DNA from: Eledone cirrhosa
Taxonomy: Eukaryota
Direction: 5' to 3'
Assembly: GCA_964016885.1 (NCBI GenBank)
Contig: OZ024742.1
Coordinates: 160,952,001-161,016,000, forward strand
Length of the DNA: 64,000 nucleotides
Under the pieces are notes generated by a model, which saw nothing but the letters and a program-made list of their open reading frames with translations, had not been told where the DNA came from and made no database searches. The first letter of the stretch is position 1, and each line of letters opens with the position of its first letter. Below, one piece after another: positions 1-12,134 of the stretch. Made by a program: the position numbers and the translations under genes.

Positions 1-277
1 AATATGGTTTTATAAATATAGTTTCCATTTGTTAATATATTGTATATATATATATTTATTTATTTAGGTTTGAAGGTTCACCACTGGATAGAGCTGGTCA
101 ATTCCGTATGGTCAATTTTGATGTAATAATATGGAGAGTACTCAACGTAAAGCAGCTCAACCGGCTTCGTTGAGGGCGACCGGGTAAAGTGGAAGATGCT
201 AGATGGTCGGTCGTCCTCGGGTCTATGATTTTCAGCCCCATGGATTTTATCTGTTACATTCATTTATTATATTTCGA

Positions 278-335
278 ATACCTGATGATATCACCGGATT
301 CATACGGAACCCGGACATTGAAATGATCATAGTAT
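278..335 (+). ncRNA. minimal type I hammerhead ribozyme in short PLE-like element (~65-390)
   Basis: atac-CTGATGA-stem II (ccggatt/aacccgg, imperfect)-GAAA-tgatca (palindromic)-TA-gtat, immediately followed by AATAAA; the element ends in (TA)n. Confidence 0.75.
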
Positions 336-386
336 AATAAACCTTTCAAGGATTTACACAAGTCCAGCCTCCTGTTATTTTATTAT

Positions 387-442
<56 letters not shown>

Positions 443-445
<3 letters not shown>

Positions 446-530
446 CGCTTGAAGATAGGTCACAATTTTGATCCCTCTCATATTCTGTAGATATGGTCAA
501 TATCGAGCCTTGAAACATTAGGTAGCCCTT
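443..530 (+). ncRNA. degenerate hammerhead motif
   Basis: aagcgc-TTGAAGA-agg..cct-GAAA-c attag g-TA-gccctt; C3 changed to T; the whole island lies between (TA)n tracts. Confidence 0.5.
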
Positions 531-536
531 TTATCC

Positions 537-623
<87 letters not shown>

Positions 624-679
624 ACTTAAATATATATAGATATAAATATATACATACATAGATATATGGGAAACCTAAC

Positions 680-1590
680 AACAGAAATATTCAATACATT
701 GAAAAATCAAACATCAGGAAGGTGCCAGGACATGACAAGGTGTAAAATGTCTGGTTAAAACATTTGACAGAAACACACGGGATGCTTGCAGGTAAGTTAA
801 TGAGTTACTGGTGGAGTCGGAACTAACACCTGACTGGACCACCAAAGATAAAAACCATCTTGATCCCCAAAGATACAGCTCCTCTCCACTAAAAAATTAC
901 AGGCTTTCTTATAACCTATAAAACATTGACTGCAATAATATCGCAGTTATTGTTCAAACATCCGAAAGCAACAACAACCTGTTTCCTGAAGAGCAGAGAG
1001 GATGGAATGCCTCATATGGTAGTAAGATCAGTTACTGATTAACAAAGAAGAGGACACGAAGACAAGCAAATACCGTAGCTTGTCCGCCTGCTTCCTCTTT
1101 GCATCAGTCGTCGTCGAGACTTCAGGCGTCCTCGGACCCGGACAGTTGACCTCTGTAAAAGCTGATCGATAGCGGCCCGTCTGAGGAAGGAGCCTCGCGA
1201 GGTGGGGTAGCTGTTGCAACGTGTGACACTGGCCATTGTCCACGGAAATGCCTTTGCCATTTTGTCCGCGGGGCGCAGCCGAAACACCGCTCTGGCCTAG
1301 GTGTAGTGTATGTCACCCTCTCCTCTTCCCCCTTTCTTTTTTCGTTTGTCTACTAGTCCTTGCTCTTCCCATCCTTTTCCTCTCATTTATGGTATTTACA
1401 GTCTTTTCCAATACTTCTCTCTTTTTCTGCATGTTTATATAACTCTACTACGAAATAAAATTTGTTCTTAATGAAATTTTAAAAGAATTAACAAAGCCAT
1501 AACCGAAGACTGTACAAAGAGAAAAATGGGTCTCAGTACGACATGGATTGATTGCCAGAAAGCTTTCGACATTATTCTCCACATGTGTAC
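680..1590 (+). pseudogene. decayed R4/Dong-type LINE RT fragment, interrupted by an insertion at 1048-1486
   Basis: Broken frames give NNLFPEEQRG..SYG..DQLLINK / AITEDCTKRKMGLSTTWIDCQKAFD, collinear with the RT at 26.4-26.55 kb. Confidence 0.8.
1048..1486 (+). mobile_element. 5'-truncated CRE-like (REL endonuclease) LINE 3' end with 10-bp TSD
   Basis: Frames give KTSKYRSLSACFLFASVVVETSGVLGP and LQRVTLAIVHGNAFAIL; pyrimidine-rich 3' UTR with AATAAA; flanked by ATTAACAAAG at 1038-1047 and 1487-1496. Confidence 0.75.
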
Positions 1591-1875
1591 CCTGGACACA
1601 TGATTAAGGCAACAGCAAGACTAAAAAGAAAAACGCATTATCCTTCTTCTTCTTCTACCTTTTGCTCCCTATGGAGCATCGGGTGAGTTTTCATTGTTTC
1701 TGTAGCAATTTTGATTAATGGAGTTAAGGTGTCTAGCCTCATGCTCCTTCTTTCCTATCTTCTCAATTTAAATGTTTGTCTATGATGATATGAAGCTATG
1801 AGAAAACGAAAGCAAAGATAACTTATCTTATAGCTTGTTTCCCAGTTATATACATTCAAATATCAACGTCATAGC

Positions 1876-1975
1876 AAGGTCTCAAATGAGGCTTTGTTAA
1901 TAAGATCGTCAGTTTTAGAACTATTAAACTCCTCTTTTTTCTTTTCCATATAAAGCGTGAAACTAATAAGACCTT
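1876..1975 (+). ncRNA. decayed hammerhead motif
   Basis: 7-bp stem I aaggtct/agacctt encloses CAAATGA (mutated core), gcttt/aaagc stem II, and GAAA-ctaa-TA. Confidence 0.45.
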
Positions 1976-2029
1976 TTGTACCTCTGTTTTGCTGTTTCCT
2001 TGAACTATATATATATATATATATATATA

Positions 2030-2518
2030 TTCTTTCGGAATGTTTTTGACTGTTGTTTCATGTAAACAAACATTTGTCTCATTCTGATGTCACCAGCCCT
2101 GTTTTTCCACATGTGCGTTTATTTTAATAATCACGCATGATGTTAAACTAGCCTGCTTTTAAATTCCCTTTTTGGTGAGACCTTGGTTATCATGTTGAGC
2201 TCTGCTGATGAACGAAATCCAACCGTGACCATCTGAAAGTTTTCGTGAAATAGTCTTTTCAAGACTATACAGAGCATTTGAAGTTGTACCAAATTGAAGG
2301 TTGAGTACTTTAGACTTTGTTTTATCATGAGTTAAGGCTCTATTGATTTTTCCCTGGATTTCTCTAAATTCTGTTGGATAAATCTATATCCTGATTCCTT
2401 TTGAATTGAGTCTGAATTATTTTCCCCATATCTTATGTTAACTATTTTCCCATTTTGACGCTATATATATGTTATGGAATACTGTTAGCTTCTCGCTACA
2501 ACAATTTCTATACTTTTC

Positions 2519-2525
<7 letters not shown>
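2030..2525 (+). mobile_element. ~500-bp non-coding hammerhead-bearing element (second copy 11275-11770, partial copy 10511-10575)
   Basis: Direct sequence match between copies; both long copies are bounded by (TA)n and end at ctatacttttcatt. Confidence 0.85.
2199..2275 (+). ncRNA. type I hammerhead ribozyme, intact
   Basis: gctctg-CTGATGA-acgaaa..tttcgt-GAAA-tagtctt ttc aagacta-TA-cagagc; all three stems pair perfectly. Confidence 0.9.
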
Positions 2526-2569
<44 letters not shown>

Positions 2570-2760
2570 TTATTCCGGGTTGAATCAGAGGTAACCACAG
2601 TAAGTAAGGTACTCAATACATAGCCGAGTATAAAAGTTTTGATTTCAGTCCTGTAGAAGCTCTTCTATATATATATATATGCAAATTAGGCTGCTCAGCC
2701 GTTAATATGCATAAGGAAAGTATATACTTTCAGACGTTCAATCATCTGGCAGGAAGGTAT

Positions 2761-2803
2761 ACGTTGCTGACGATAGCTAATAAGCTTGAAACTAGTACAG
2801 CGT
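2761..2803 (+). ncRNA. minimal type I hammerhead ribozyme in ~390-bp element (2683-3068; inverted truncated copy 5966-6280)
   Basis: acgttg-CTGACGA-t agct aata agct t-GAAA-ctag-TA-cagcgt; stem III is the ACTAGT palindrome. Confidence 0.85.
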
Positions 2804-3093
2804 TCCTTTGTCAGTGTTGAACAAATGAGCAACGATGGTTGCTAGACAATGTACGGCTTAATTCGTGATGTTTATTTACAAACACACCGAGCATTATAAT
2901 AAGTGTTCGGTGAATCCATACGTACATATATATATGTGTGCATGTGTGTATATATATATACATACTACTGTACGTCTGTATACATATATGTATGTACGTA
3001 TACATACTTATATTAAAGTAACAGCCGTACTAAGAGTGGGAAATGAAATTTCGTTTCATTTTTTCCGTTTATATATATATATATATATATATA

Positions 3094-3162
<69 letters not shown>

Positions 3163-3240
3163 ATGTATATATAAACTCCGAATTGTTACTTCGTGGATGT
3201 TGGCCGATGCCATAACTTCTATTTTACTAATCTTCCACTC

Positions 3241-3303
<63 letters not shown>

Positions 3304-3659
3304 AGGCGGCGAGTTTATAGGAAATATATTTTCTATAATTTCGGTGCTCACAATTACTCACTCAATAAGATATAATTTGAACGTATAAGCGAGTTAACTA
3401 CTCTCAGAGTGCTAACAAAATGTATATATGTAATGGAGCAAAGTATAGACTGCATTGACAAATGCAATTTATAATTTGCTAATCATAGTAGCAGCATCAG
3501 TACTTCTATGCATGTCATCACTACAGCGGATGTAACTAAAATAGCGAGAGCTGCGAGGTGGCATGTCCATTCCGTACGTCGATACACACACACATATATA
3601 TATATTTATATTTCTAGCATATATATATGTGTGTGTGTGTGTATGTGTTTATGTATATA

Positions 3660-4120
3660 TATTATGGGGTGGATTGGTGAATTGGTAGACTGTTGGATAA
3701 AATGGTATTGCAATATATGGTCTAGCTCTTTACAAGTCTGAGTTCCCGCCAAGGTCAACTTTACTTTTCACATTTCTGAGGTTGACTTAATCAACTTTGC
3801 CCTTCGCAGAGATTGCTAGCCTTGCACCTCAATTAAAAATCAATATTTACATATGCATTATGTTTGCATCAGTTTGATCTCTGGTCATCAGCAGGTGTTG
3901 CTACTAACTTACATTCAATTGCCACCCTAACGCCGTTAAAAGGGACACAAAAAGTAAGTTGTATTTATAATAAGATACAGTATGTCACACACTGAGTCAT
4001 GCTGGATCTTCCTTAGAACTATGTTAACGGTACACGTGTCTATGGGTGGAATACTCAACTGATTGCACGTTAATTTCATTAGCAACCTGTTCCGCTGATC
4101 AAATAACTAAAACGCTCCAA
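3660..4120 (+). mobile_element. decayed tRNA-derived SINE copies
   Basis: Similarity to the gtctgagtt..cccgcc.aggt.aacttt SINE core, and to the second SINE family seen at 20858-21110 and 42545-42870. Confidence 0.55.
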
Positions 4121-4251
4121 CACACACACTCACACACACACACACATTTAAAATAGAAATGGCTTCTAGTCCTGTAAAAACCATTTCCATATTATATATA
4201 TATATATTCCATATACTGTACCGATTGTGTTGTTATTTCTGTTTACCTTTT

Positions 4252-4343
<92 letters not shown>

Positions 4344-4457
4344 TATATATATATATATATAGGGAGTGCAACTTGGAGTTACTGTAGGTTCACCCGAGTG
4401 ACCACTCAATGCGTAGGTTCACTTCAGTCTTGAGGTGTAGAGCTATACAGAGTGTAT

Positions 4458-4707
4458 TATATTGAAAGGGTAACAAGGACGATTGGTTACTCCTTCAATA
4501 CATTTATTGGTAGGTGACCCGCGTTTCGCCACTGATCAGCTCAAGGTTCGATCTGTATCGATGTTACCCGACTCTATAATTGACAGCTATAGATCAGGTA
4601 AGATCGATACAGATCGAACCTTGAGCTGATCAGTGACGAAACGCGCGTCACCTACCAATAAATGTAATGAAGGAGTAACCAATCGTCCTTGTTATCCTTT
4701 CAATATA
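4458..4707. repeat. fold-back element; each arm carries the 3' half of a hammerhead
   Basis: ~110-bp inverted arms containing GAAA-cgcgcg-TC-acct and AATAAA; related to the motif at 14964-15050. Confidence 0.85.
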
Positions 4708-4817
4708 TATATATATATATATATGAAGTAATTCCGTCGGAAAGGTCCAGGAAAAAAGAGTGCTCTATGTAGGTAACTGAGCTTAATAGTTATGTAATAA
4801 ACAACATAAGGTAATTA

Positions 4818-4878
4818 TTTCATTTACCAGTGGTTTCTTGAAAGGAAACAAAATTTGCTTTCAATCATCAGAATGAAA
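4818..4878 (-). ncRNA. type I hammerhead ribozyme (same family as 10669-10729)
   Basis: Reverse complement reads tttcatt-CTGATGA-ttgaaagcaaa..tttcctttcaa-GAAA-ccactgg-TA-aatgaaa. Confidence 0.85.
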
Positions 4879-5170
4879 AAATCCAATAAAAGAACAGCAA
4901 CCGCTCTCGCAAATAAGGTGTGGGAATTCAAGGATAAAAACATCCCGTACTCTATCGATTGGTCTATTTTAGACCATTCGAGGGAGTACCAAAGGGGCAC
5001 AAAGAATTGTTCTTTGTGTACCACTGAAAAATTTAGGATTTTACAAAACTGAAAAACCACTTCAACTTGCCTGAACTCCAAGACCGAGATCCTCAGATGT
5101 TGTCCTCACCTGAAATCACATCTGATCTGTAACTGGATTGACATTCCTACGATGACTCAACCACCTTGAA
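4879..5170 (+). pseudogene. C-terminal GIY-YIG-region fragment of a Penelope-like element (Naiad-like)
   Basis: TALANKVWEFKDKNIPYSIDWSIL..Y..GTKNCSLCTTEK..I..(TGA)..LNSKTEILRCCPH matches the PLE C-terminal pattern; joined back-to-back to an inverted hammerhead-bearing 3' end. Confidence 0.7.
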
Positions 5171-5537
5171 CTTCTTCTCTGCTCTCTACGCCTTACATCC
5201 ACTACGATTTGTATTACTTTCTGAACTCACTTTCTGTACTCTTATATTCTTTTTCTCCCTTATCTCCCCTTATATTTAAACTTTTTCCTATGTCATTTAT
5301 TTTCCTTATTCCCCCCTACTTTCTACTTTACCCTTTACATACCCACCTTTTTTATTTTTAGATATTTATTTCTGTGTGTGTGAGTGTTGTGTATGTGTAT
5401 ATATGTATATATATATGTGTGTATATGTATATGTATTTGTATATGTATATGTATATATAATTATATATATCTGTATGTATATGTATGTGTGTATATAATT
5501 GTATTTTATATGTATCTGTTGTAATTGTGTGTGTGTG

Positions 5538-5598
<61 letters not shown>

Positions 5599-6361
5599 AT
5601 ATGTGTATGTGTGTTTTTATTAAGGTGGTGACGTAACTTTTTGTAGATATGTGTGTGTATATGTGTATTTTTATATATATATGTTTATGTGTGTATATAT
5701 GTAATAGCCTCAGAAACGGCTTGAGCTCTGCCGTCGGGGTCATACTTTTTCCTATATGTATATATATATATGTATATGTATATGTATGTATATATGTGTG
5801 TGTGCGTGTGTGCGTGTATATATATATGTATGTTTATGTATATGCATAATTACATACAGAGTGATTTAATGTTATTTTCATTGATTATTTGCTCCAGGAG
5901 CTTGTTGAGTGCTCTAAATCAGCTATAAACATTTATACCCTTATCTATTTATCTATTATTTGTCGGAAAAAATGAAACGAAACTTCATTTCCCACTCTTA
6001 GTACGGCTGTTACTTAAATATAAGTATGTATACGTACATACATATACGTAAACGTACAGTAGTATGTATACGTACATACATATACATAGACATACAGTAG
6101 TATGTATATATATATACATACATGCACACATATATATATATGTACGTATGGATTCACCAAACATTCATTACAATGCTCGGTGTGTTTGTAAACAAACATC
6201 CCGTATTAAGCCGTAGTGTCTAGCAACCACCGTTGCTCGTTTGTTCAACACTGACAAAGGAACGCTGTACTAGTTTCAAGTTTCATTGAATACATCTAAG
6301 AATAAGTTTTACACACATACATGTGTGTGTATGTATTTATATGTATGTGTGTGTGTATATG

Positions 6362-6459
<98 letters not shown>

Positions 6460-6576
6460 AACGAGTAGGACTTCGATGGCTGAGCTCAAGCCGTTTCGAC
6501 GGCTAATTCTGGACGCTAAGTATTGAGTACTTTGGTGCGTTTTGGTCCACCTGGTTCCTTACCACATTTCCTTCGT

Positions 6577-6607
<31 letters not shown>

Positions 6608-6823
6608 TTATATTTGGGGAGGGTCATATTTGCGTAATATTGCCAGAATTAATAACAGAACACACTCACTGTTTGGTTGGTTTTCGCTTCTCGCAGTCTT
6701 TTATATATATATATCTGCGATCTAACTTACTCGGTCCTCAATGTTGCCATTGACTGACCGGCGGTCAAAAATAATACAGATACAATATAGACAAACACAT
6801 ATATATATAGTTTACATAATTTA

Positions 6824-6861
6824 CATAAATCTTTCGTTGCACATCTGCAACATCGTCAGTG
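6824..6861 (-). ncRNA. minimal hammerhead in PLE 3' UTR (left arm)
   Basis: Reverse complement: ca-CTGACGA-t gttgca gatg tgcaac-GAAA-gatt-TA-tg; stem I is only 2 bp. Confidence 0.65.
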
Positions 6862-7133
6862 GTGTTATATTCATTGTTCCTCCTGTTGTGTTGTATGTCT
6901 ACGCCATTTTTTTTTTGTTCAGTCTGTCTATATATTTATTTATTTATTTGCTTGTTTGTTTATCTTATTTTATTTTGTCTTCTTTGCGCATGCGTTTGCG
7001 TGTGTGTATAGTGTTATGTGTGATGTGTGACTAGTGTGTATAGTGTTGTGTCTGCTGGGTGACTAGTGTGTGTTTATGTGCTTGTGTATGTATTTATTTA
7101 TCTTATTTTATTTTATTTAATTTACTTATTTAT

Positions 7134-9046
7134 TTATACTTCTCTTAGGTCAGTGTTGTTTGTTTGGGTGTTGTTGTTGTTCCACTCATTCTTTCTGTTT
7201 AGCTTCGGTCTTCTAATTTCTATTTCACTGGCCTCTCTGATTTGCCTATCTGCTGGGTCATTCCTATGTTTAGATATTATTCTAATTTCTATGTTGTCTA
7301 TGTTACCGTCATGTTGTTGTCTAGCATGTTCGTATAGTACTGACCCGTTTTTTCGTCCTTTTAGTTCCCCCCAGTGTTGGTCTATCCTTTCACCTATGCT
7401 ACGAGCTGTCTCACCTATGTATGTTGTTGTCGTGTTTCTGCAAGTACCCTCTGTACATCTTATGCTATAGACTACGTTTCTAGTTTTACAGTTTATCCGG
7501 GGGTTCACCTTACATATGATACATTTCCTATTGGTACAGTGGGTTTTCTTAAAAGGGTAGGTTTTGCTGATCAGGGATTTTATGGTGGTTCCTGGCTTTT
7601 CTACCACCTTTATTTTTAAGTGGGTCTTTCTCAGGGCCTTTCTACACTGGTTAGCTAATTTCCCTCCAGGGGTGGCGTCCACAAACATGACACTCTGATA
7701 TCTCTGGTTGTCGTACCATGATGTGGCCTTCCCTATCTTATGTCTAGCCCTATCTAAGCTATTCCATGATTTGCTCCTGTATAGTGGGCAAATTCCTTTC
7801 ATGTCCAGTTCTATGAGGGTCTTATACTTTTCCATGGCTCTTTCGTATACTCTGACTCTGTCTCTTTGGTTGTAGCCAGAGAACTGCATGCGGTTGATGA
7901 AGTGTTGGATGTGTCCTTCCATTTCTGTTGGGTCGCACATGCTGGACACATTCTTCATCACTCGTACCAAATCTGCGATCAGAATATTAAACTTAGCACT
8001 ACTGGACATTGCTGAGTTTTTGAGTATCAGGTATTTGGAGGCCATGGGTTTAGCATAGTGTGAGTGGAGAATTTGGGCTCTCTCGTCTATAGTGTTAATC
8101 CAGAGTTCTGTGTCTAATACAGGTAGTCTATTGTTAGGGTGTTTGGAAGGGAAGTCTATAGTTACAGTTATACTCTGGTGTATGGAATTAGCTATCTGCT
8201 GGATGCTTTCCATCGTGCTACGTTCTAAATCAAACTTGTTAGTGCTCTCTAGTGGGGGTGTTCTTATAACTATATTGATATCGTCTACATAACGAGAGTA
8301 CATGATGAGGTCTATGGAGCTTTCATTAAGGAGATCTTTAAGTCTCCTTTCCCACCATACCATGAAAAGGTTGGCAACATCACCAGCTATGCTGACGCCG
8401 ATGGCTGCTCCCTCATTTTGGGTGTAGATTTTCTCATTGAACTTAAATATGTGGCCCTTTAGGGTAGTTTTGATACTAGCCCCTATTGCATGTGCGACCA
8501 TTTTTCTTACCTGATCAGTGTTTTGGGGGGTCCGTATGGCTTTGGTCCACCCAATCCACCTTCCTATGGGAGTCTTTTTAGCCATTGAGGTTATGGTGGG
8601 GGGTCTACCTCTTATAGGTCTACTAGGGCAGAAACATCTAAGGTCATGGCTGTCTAGGTAGTCAGTGTCGTAGGTAAGTCTAAGTAGGAGGCCCAGTTCG
8701 TCTGTGTCGACGTCGCAGAACTCCACCTCACTCTCAATGATCATCTCCACACATCTTTTCACAGCAAAATCAATGTTAATGGATGGGTACAGTGACACCA
8801 CATCCATGCTGCCTATTATGCAGTTGGATAGGCTCCTGTTTTTGTTGCACTCACTGATTCTGCTGAGGAGGTCCTCTGTACTTTCACATACATCTGGGGA
8901 CATCTTGATTATGGGGCGTATAACCATTGAGAGGAAGTAGGAGATCCTGTAGTTGCTAGCTATATTAGCTCCGCATACGGGTCTTGTTGGTGGTCCTGTT
9001 GTCGGGTCGTCGACTGTCTTGTGGTCTTTGCGGAGCCCATACATAG
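7134..9046 (-). CDS. Penelope-like reverse transcriptase + GIY-YIG endonuclease (N-terminally truncated, frame intact)
   Basis: YGLRKDHK..PPTRPVC, GSMDVVSLYPSI, YTQNEGAAIG, YSRYVDD, LPVLD, Cys-rich linker, NVVYSIRC..YIGETARS..R..H, LN..E. The first ~116 aa of the listed 753-aa ORF are antisense read-through of the inverted arm. Confidence 0.92.
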
Positions 9047-9598
9047 GTGAGACAGCTCGTAGCATAGGTGAAAGGATAGACCAACACTGGGGGGAACTAA
9101 AAGGACGAAAAAACGGGTCAGTACTATACGAACATGCTAGACAACAACATGACGGTAACATAGACAACATAGAAATTAGAATAATATCTAAACATAGGAA
9201 TGACCCAGCAGATAGGCAAATCAGAGAGGCCAGTGAAATAGAAATTAGAAGACCGAAGCTAAACAGAAAGAATGAGTGGAACAACAACAACACCCAAACA
9301 AACAACACTGACCTAAGAGAAGTATAAATAAATAAGTAAATTAAATAAAATAAAATAAGATAAATAAATACATACACAAGCACATAAACACACACTAGTC
9401 ACCCAGCAGACACAACACTATACACACTAGTCACACATCACACATAACACTATACACACACGCAAACGCATGCGCAAAGAAGACAAAATAAAATAAGATA
9501 AACAAACAAGCAAATAAATAAATAAATATATAGACAGACTGAACAAAAAAAAATGGCGTAGACATACAACACAACAGGAGGAACAATGAATATAACAC

Positions 9599-9636
9599 CA
9601 CTGACGATGTTGCAGATGTGCAACGAAAGATTTATG
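9599..9636 (+). ncRNA. minimal hammerhead in PLE 3' UTR (right arm)
   Basis: Same motif as the left arm; homologous position to the cleaner motif at 34529. Confidence 0.65.
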
Positions 9637-9912
9637 TAAATTATGTAAACTATATATATATGTGTTTGTCTATATTGTATCTGTATTATTTTTGACCGCC
9701 GGTCAGTCAATGGCAACATTGAGGACCGAGTAAGTTAGATCGCAGATATATATATATAAAAGACAGCGAGAAGCGAAAACCAACCAAACAGTGAGTGTGT
9801 TCTGTTATTAATTCTGGCAATATTACGCAAATATGACCCTCCCCAAATATAACAATATCTGTTTCGACACACGATTTCATATAAAAAACCTCGCAAAACT
9901 AATTCATCGCCG

Positions 9913-9913
<1 letters not shown>

Positions 9914-9958
<45 letters not shown>

Positions 9959-10195
9959 GTATGTATATGTGTGTGTATGTGTATGTGTATATGTATATGT
10001 ATGTGTATGTGTGTGTGTGTGTATGTATTTATTTATATGTATGTATGTGTATGTGTAATTGTGTGTGTGCGTATGTAGGTGTGTGTACATATGTCTATAT
10101 TTGTGTGTGCGTATGTATGCGTGTATATATGTGTGTTTGTATGTGTGTGTATGTACGTGTGTATATATGTATGATTATGTGTGTATATATGTATT

Positions 10196-10230
<35 letters not shown>

Positions 10231-10318
10231 TTGTGTATTTGTGTGTATGTGTATGTATGGATATGTTGATATATATGTGTGTATGTATATGTATATGTAT
10301 GTGTATTTGTACGTGTAA

Positions 10319-10384
<66 letters not shown>

Positions 10385-10640
10385 ATATATGTATATGTAT
10401 ATATGTGTGTGTATGTATATGTGTGTGTGCATGTGTGTTTATTTTTCCTTTCCTCCTTCTAATTTCCATTTATTTAATATCATTGAATTGTATATATATA
10501 TATATATATAGTTTCATGTAAACAAACATTCGTCTCATTCTGACGTCACCAGCCCTGTTTCCGCATGTGCGTTTATTATGTGTGTATTATATGTGTGTGT
10601 GTGTGTCATGTGTGTTTATTTTTCCTTTCCTTCTTCCTTT
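9914..10640. repeat. compound (TA)n/(TG)n degenerate microsatellite; representative of dozens of such tracts in the window
   Basis: Direct inspection; such tracts produce the [12 protein letters not shown] pseudo-ORFs. Confidence 0.95.
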
Positions 10641-10668
10641 TCCAATGTCAATAAATATACCAGAATTT

Positions 10669-10729
10669 TTTCATTCTGATGATTGAAAGCAAATTTTGTT
10701 TGCTTTCAAGAAACCACTGGTAAATGAAA
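10669..10729 (+). ncRNA. type I hammerhead ribozyme, intact
   Basis: tttcatt-CTGATGA-ttgaaagcaaa ttttg tttgctttcaa-GAAA-cca c tgg-TA-aatgaaa. Confidence 0.92.
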
Positions 10730-10754
10730 TAATTACCTTATGTTGTTTATTACA

Positions 10755-10822
<68 letters not shown>

Positions 10823-10915
10823 TAAGCAAAAGGGATATTAAATTTGTCGGTAATTCAACAAATATAAATGTTTATAACTGATTCAGAGCACTCGACAAGT
10901 TTTCTGGAGTATAAT

Positions 10916-11234
10916 ATTCAATGATATTAAATAAATGGAAACTATATTTATAAAACCATATTTATTCTATTATAAACTTTGGTACGCTCTCATTAGATAA
11001 AATACAAAGTTTGTTTTATAAATATTGACATAACCAAGAAAAATACCTTAACGGTTCAAGTTTTTCCTGGACTTGAACTGTTAAAGTATTTTTTCTTGGT
11101 TATGTCAATATCTATAAAACAAATTTCGTATTTTATCTGATGAGAGTTTACCAAAGTTTTGGTACCCTTGAAATATATTTAATAGAATAAATATGGTTTT
11201 ATAAATATAGTTTCCATTTATTTAATATCATTGA

Positions 11235-11236
<2 letters not shown>
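10916..11236. repeat. fold-back element with hammerhead in right arm (11131-11187)
   Basis: Inverted arms about a centre near 11070; right arm reads ttttat-CTGATGA-..-GAAA-tatatt-TA-atagaa; same family at 1-45, 52231-52778 and 53045-53175. Confidence 0.85.
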
Positions 11237-11279
<43 letters not shown>

Positions 11280-11433
11280 TCATGTAAACAAACATTCGTC
11301 TCATTCTGACGTCACCAGCCCTGTTTCCGCATGTGCGTTTTAATTTCATAATCACGCATGATGTTGAACTAGCCTGCTTTTAAATTCCCTTTTTGGCATA
11401 TTATAATCAGTGAGATTTTGGCTATCGTGTAGA

Positions 11434-11514
11434 GCTCTGTTGAGGATCGGATTCCAACCGTGACCATCCACACTGAAAGTTTCGTGAAATAGTCTTTTCA
11501 AGACTATACAGAGC
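11434..11514 (+). ncRNA. degenerate copy of the 2199 hammerhead
   Basis: Core reads TTGAGGA; stems I and III are intact. Confidence 0.65.
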
Positions 11515-12134
11515 ATTTGTAGTTTTTTCCAAATTGAAGGATGAGTATTTTAAACTTTATTTTATCATGAGTTAAGGCTCTATTGATTTTTCCCTGCATT
11601 TCACTAAATTCTGTTGGATGAATCTATATCCTGATTCTTTTTGAATTGAGTTTGAATTATTTTTCCCACATCTTACGTTAACTATTTTCCCATGTTGACG
11701 CTATAGTCACTTATATATTATGGAATACTGTTGGCTTCTTGCTACAATAATTTCTATACTTTTCATTTATATATATATATATATATAATGAGAAGTGAGC
11801 TAGCAGCGGAATTGTATGATTAAGTTATATCAGTATAAATACAGAGTGTGTAACCGAGACTGCACCTATGTGAATAAATATATACACATATCTGATATTT
11901 AGGCATGTAAACATGCTAGAAAATACAAATTCCCCTGTAAATTGATAATGTGAAAAACCTCTTTAATCGATTTTCAGATTGAATTGGACCCACATCAGAA
12001 GACGTGTATATCATCCAATCAACCACACAGAAACATGTATTTGATGGGTATATATACCCATTCACTTTTAGTATTACTTTTATTAATTACCAACACGAGC
12101 ATAAATTATATGCAAATAAGTAGGACTATTAGTG

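Larger units (their letters stand above)
6606..9854 (-). mobile_element. young 5'-truncated Penelope-like retroelement (Neptune-type) with inverted pLTR arms
   Basis: Arms 6606-7423 and 9038-9854 are reverse complements, with only about one substitution and one homopolymer indel seen; they enclose an RT/GIY-YIG ORF; flanked by (TA)n. Confidence 0.95.

Noticed and set aside
3437-3505. Minus-strand agta-CTGATGC..TA-tact hammerhead-like fold
   Set aside because: GAAA is absent and A9 is changed; too decayed to call
8953-9327. Apparent stand-alone GIY-YIG gene
   Set aside because: Duplicated C-terminus in the inverted arm; it lacks the first (GIY-equivalent) motif
9047-9395. Hydrophobic N-terminal ~116 aa of the 753-aa ORF, which resembles a membrane anchor fused to RT
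   Set aside because: It is the antisense of the inverted 3' arm and is identical to ORF 7066-7470; a by-product of the inversion
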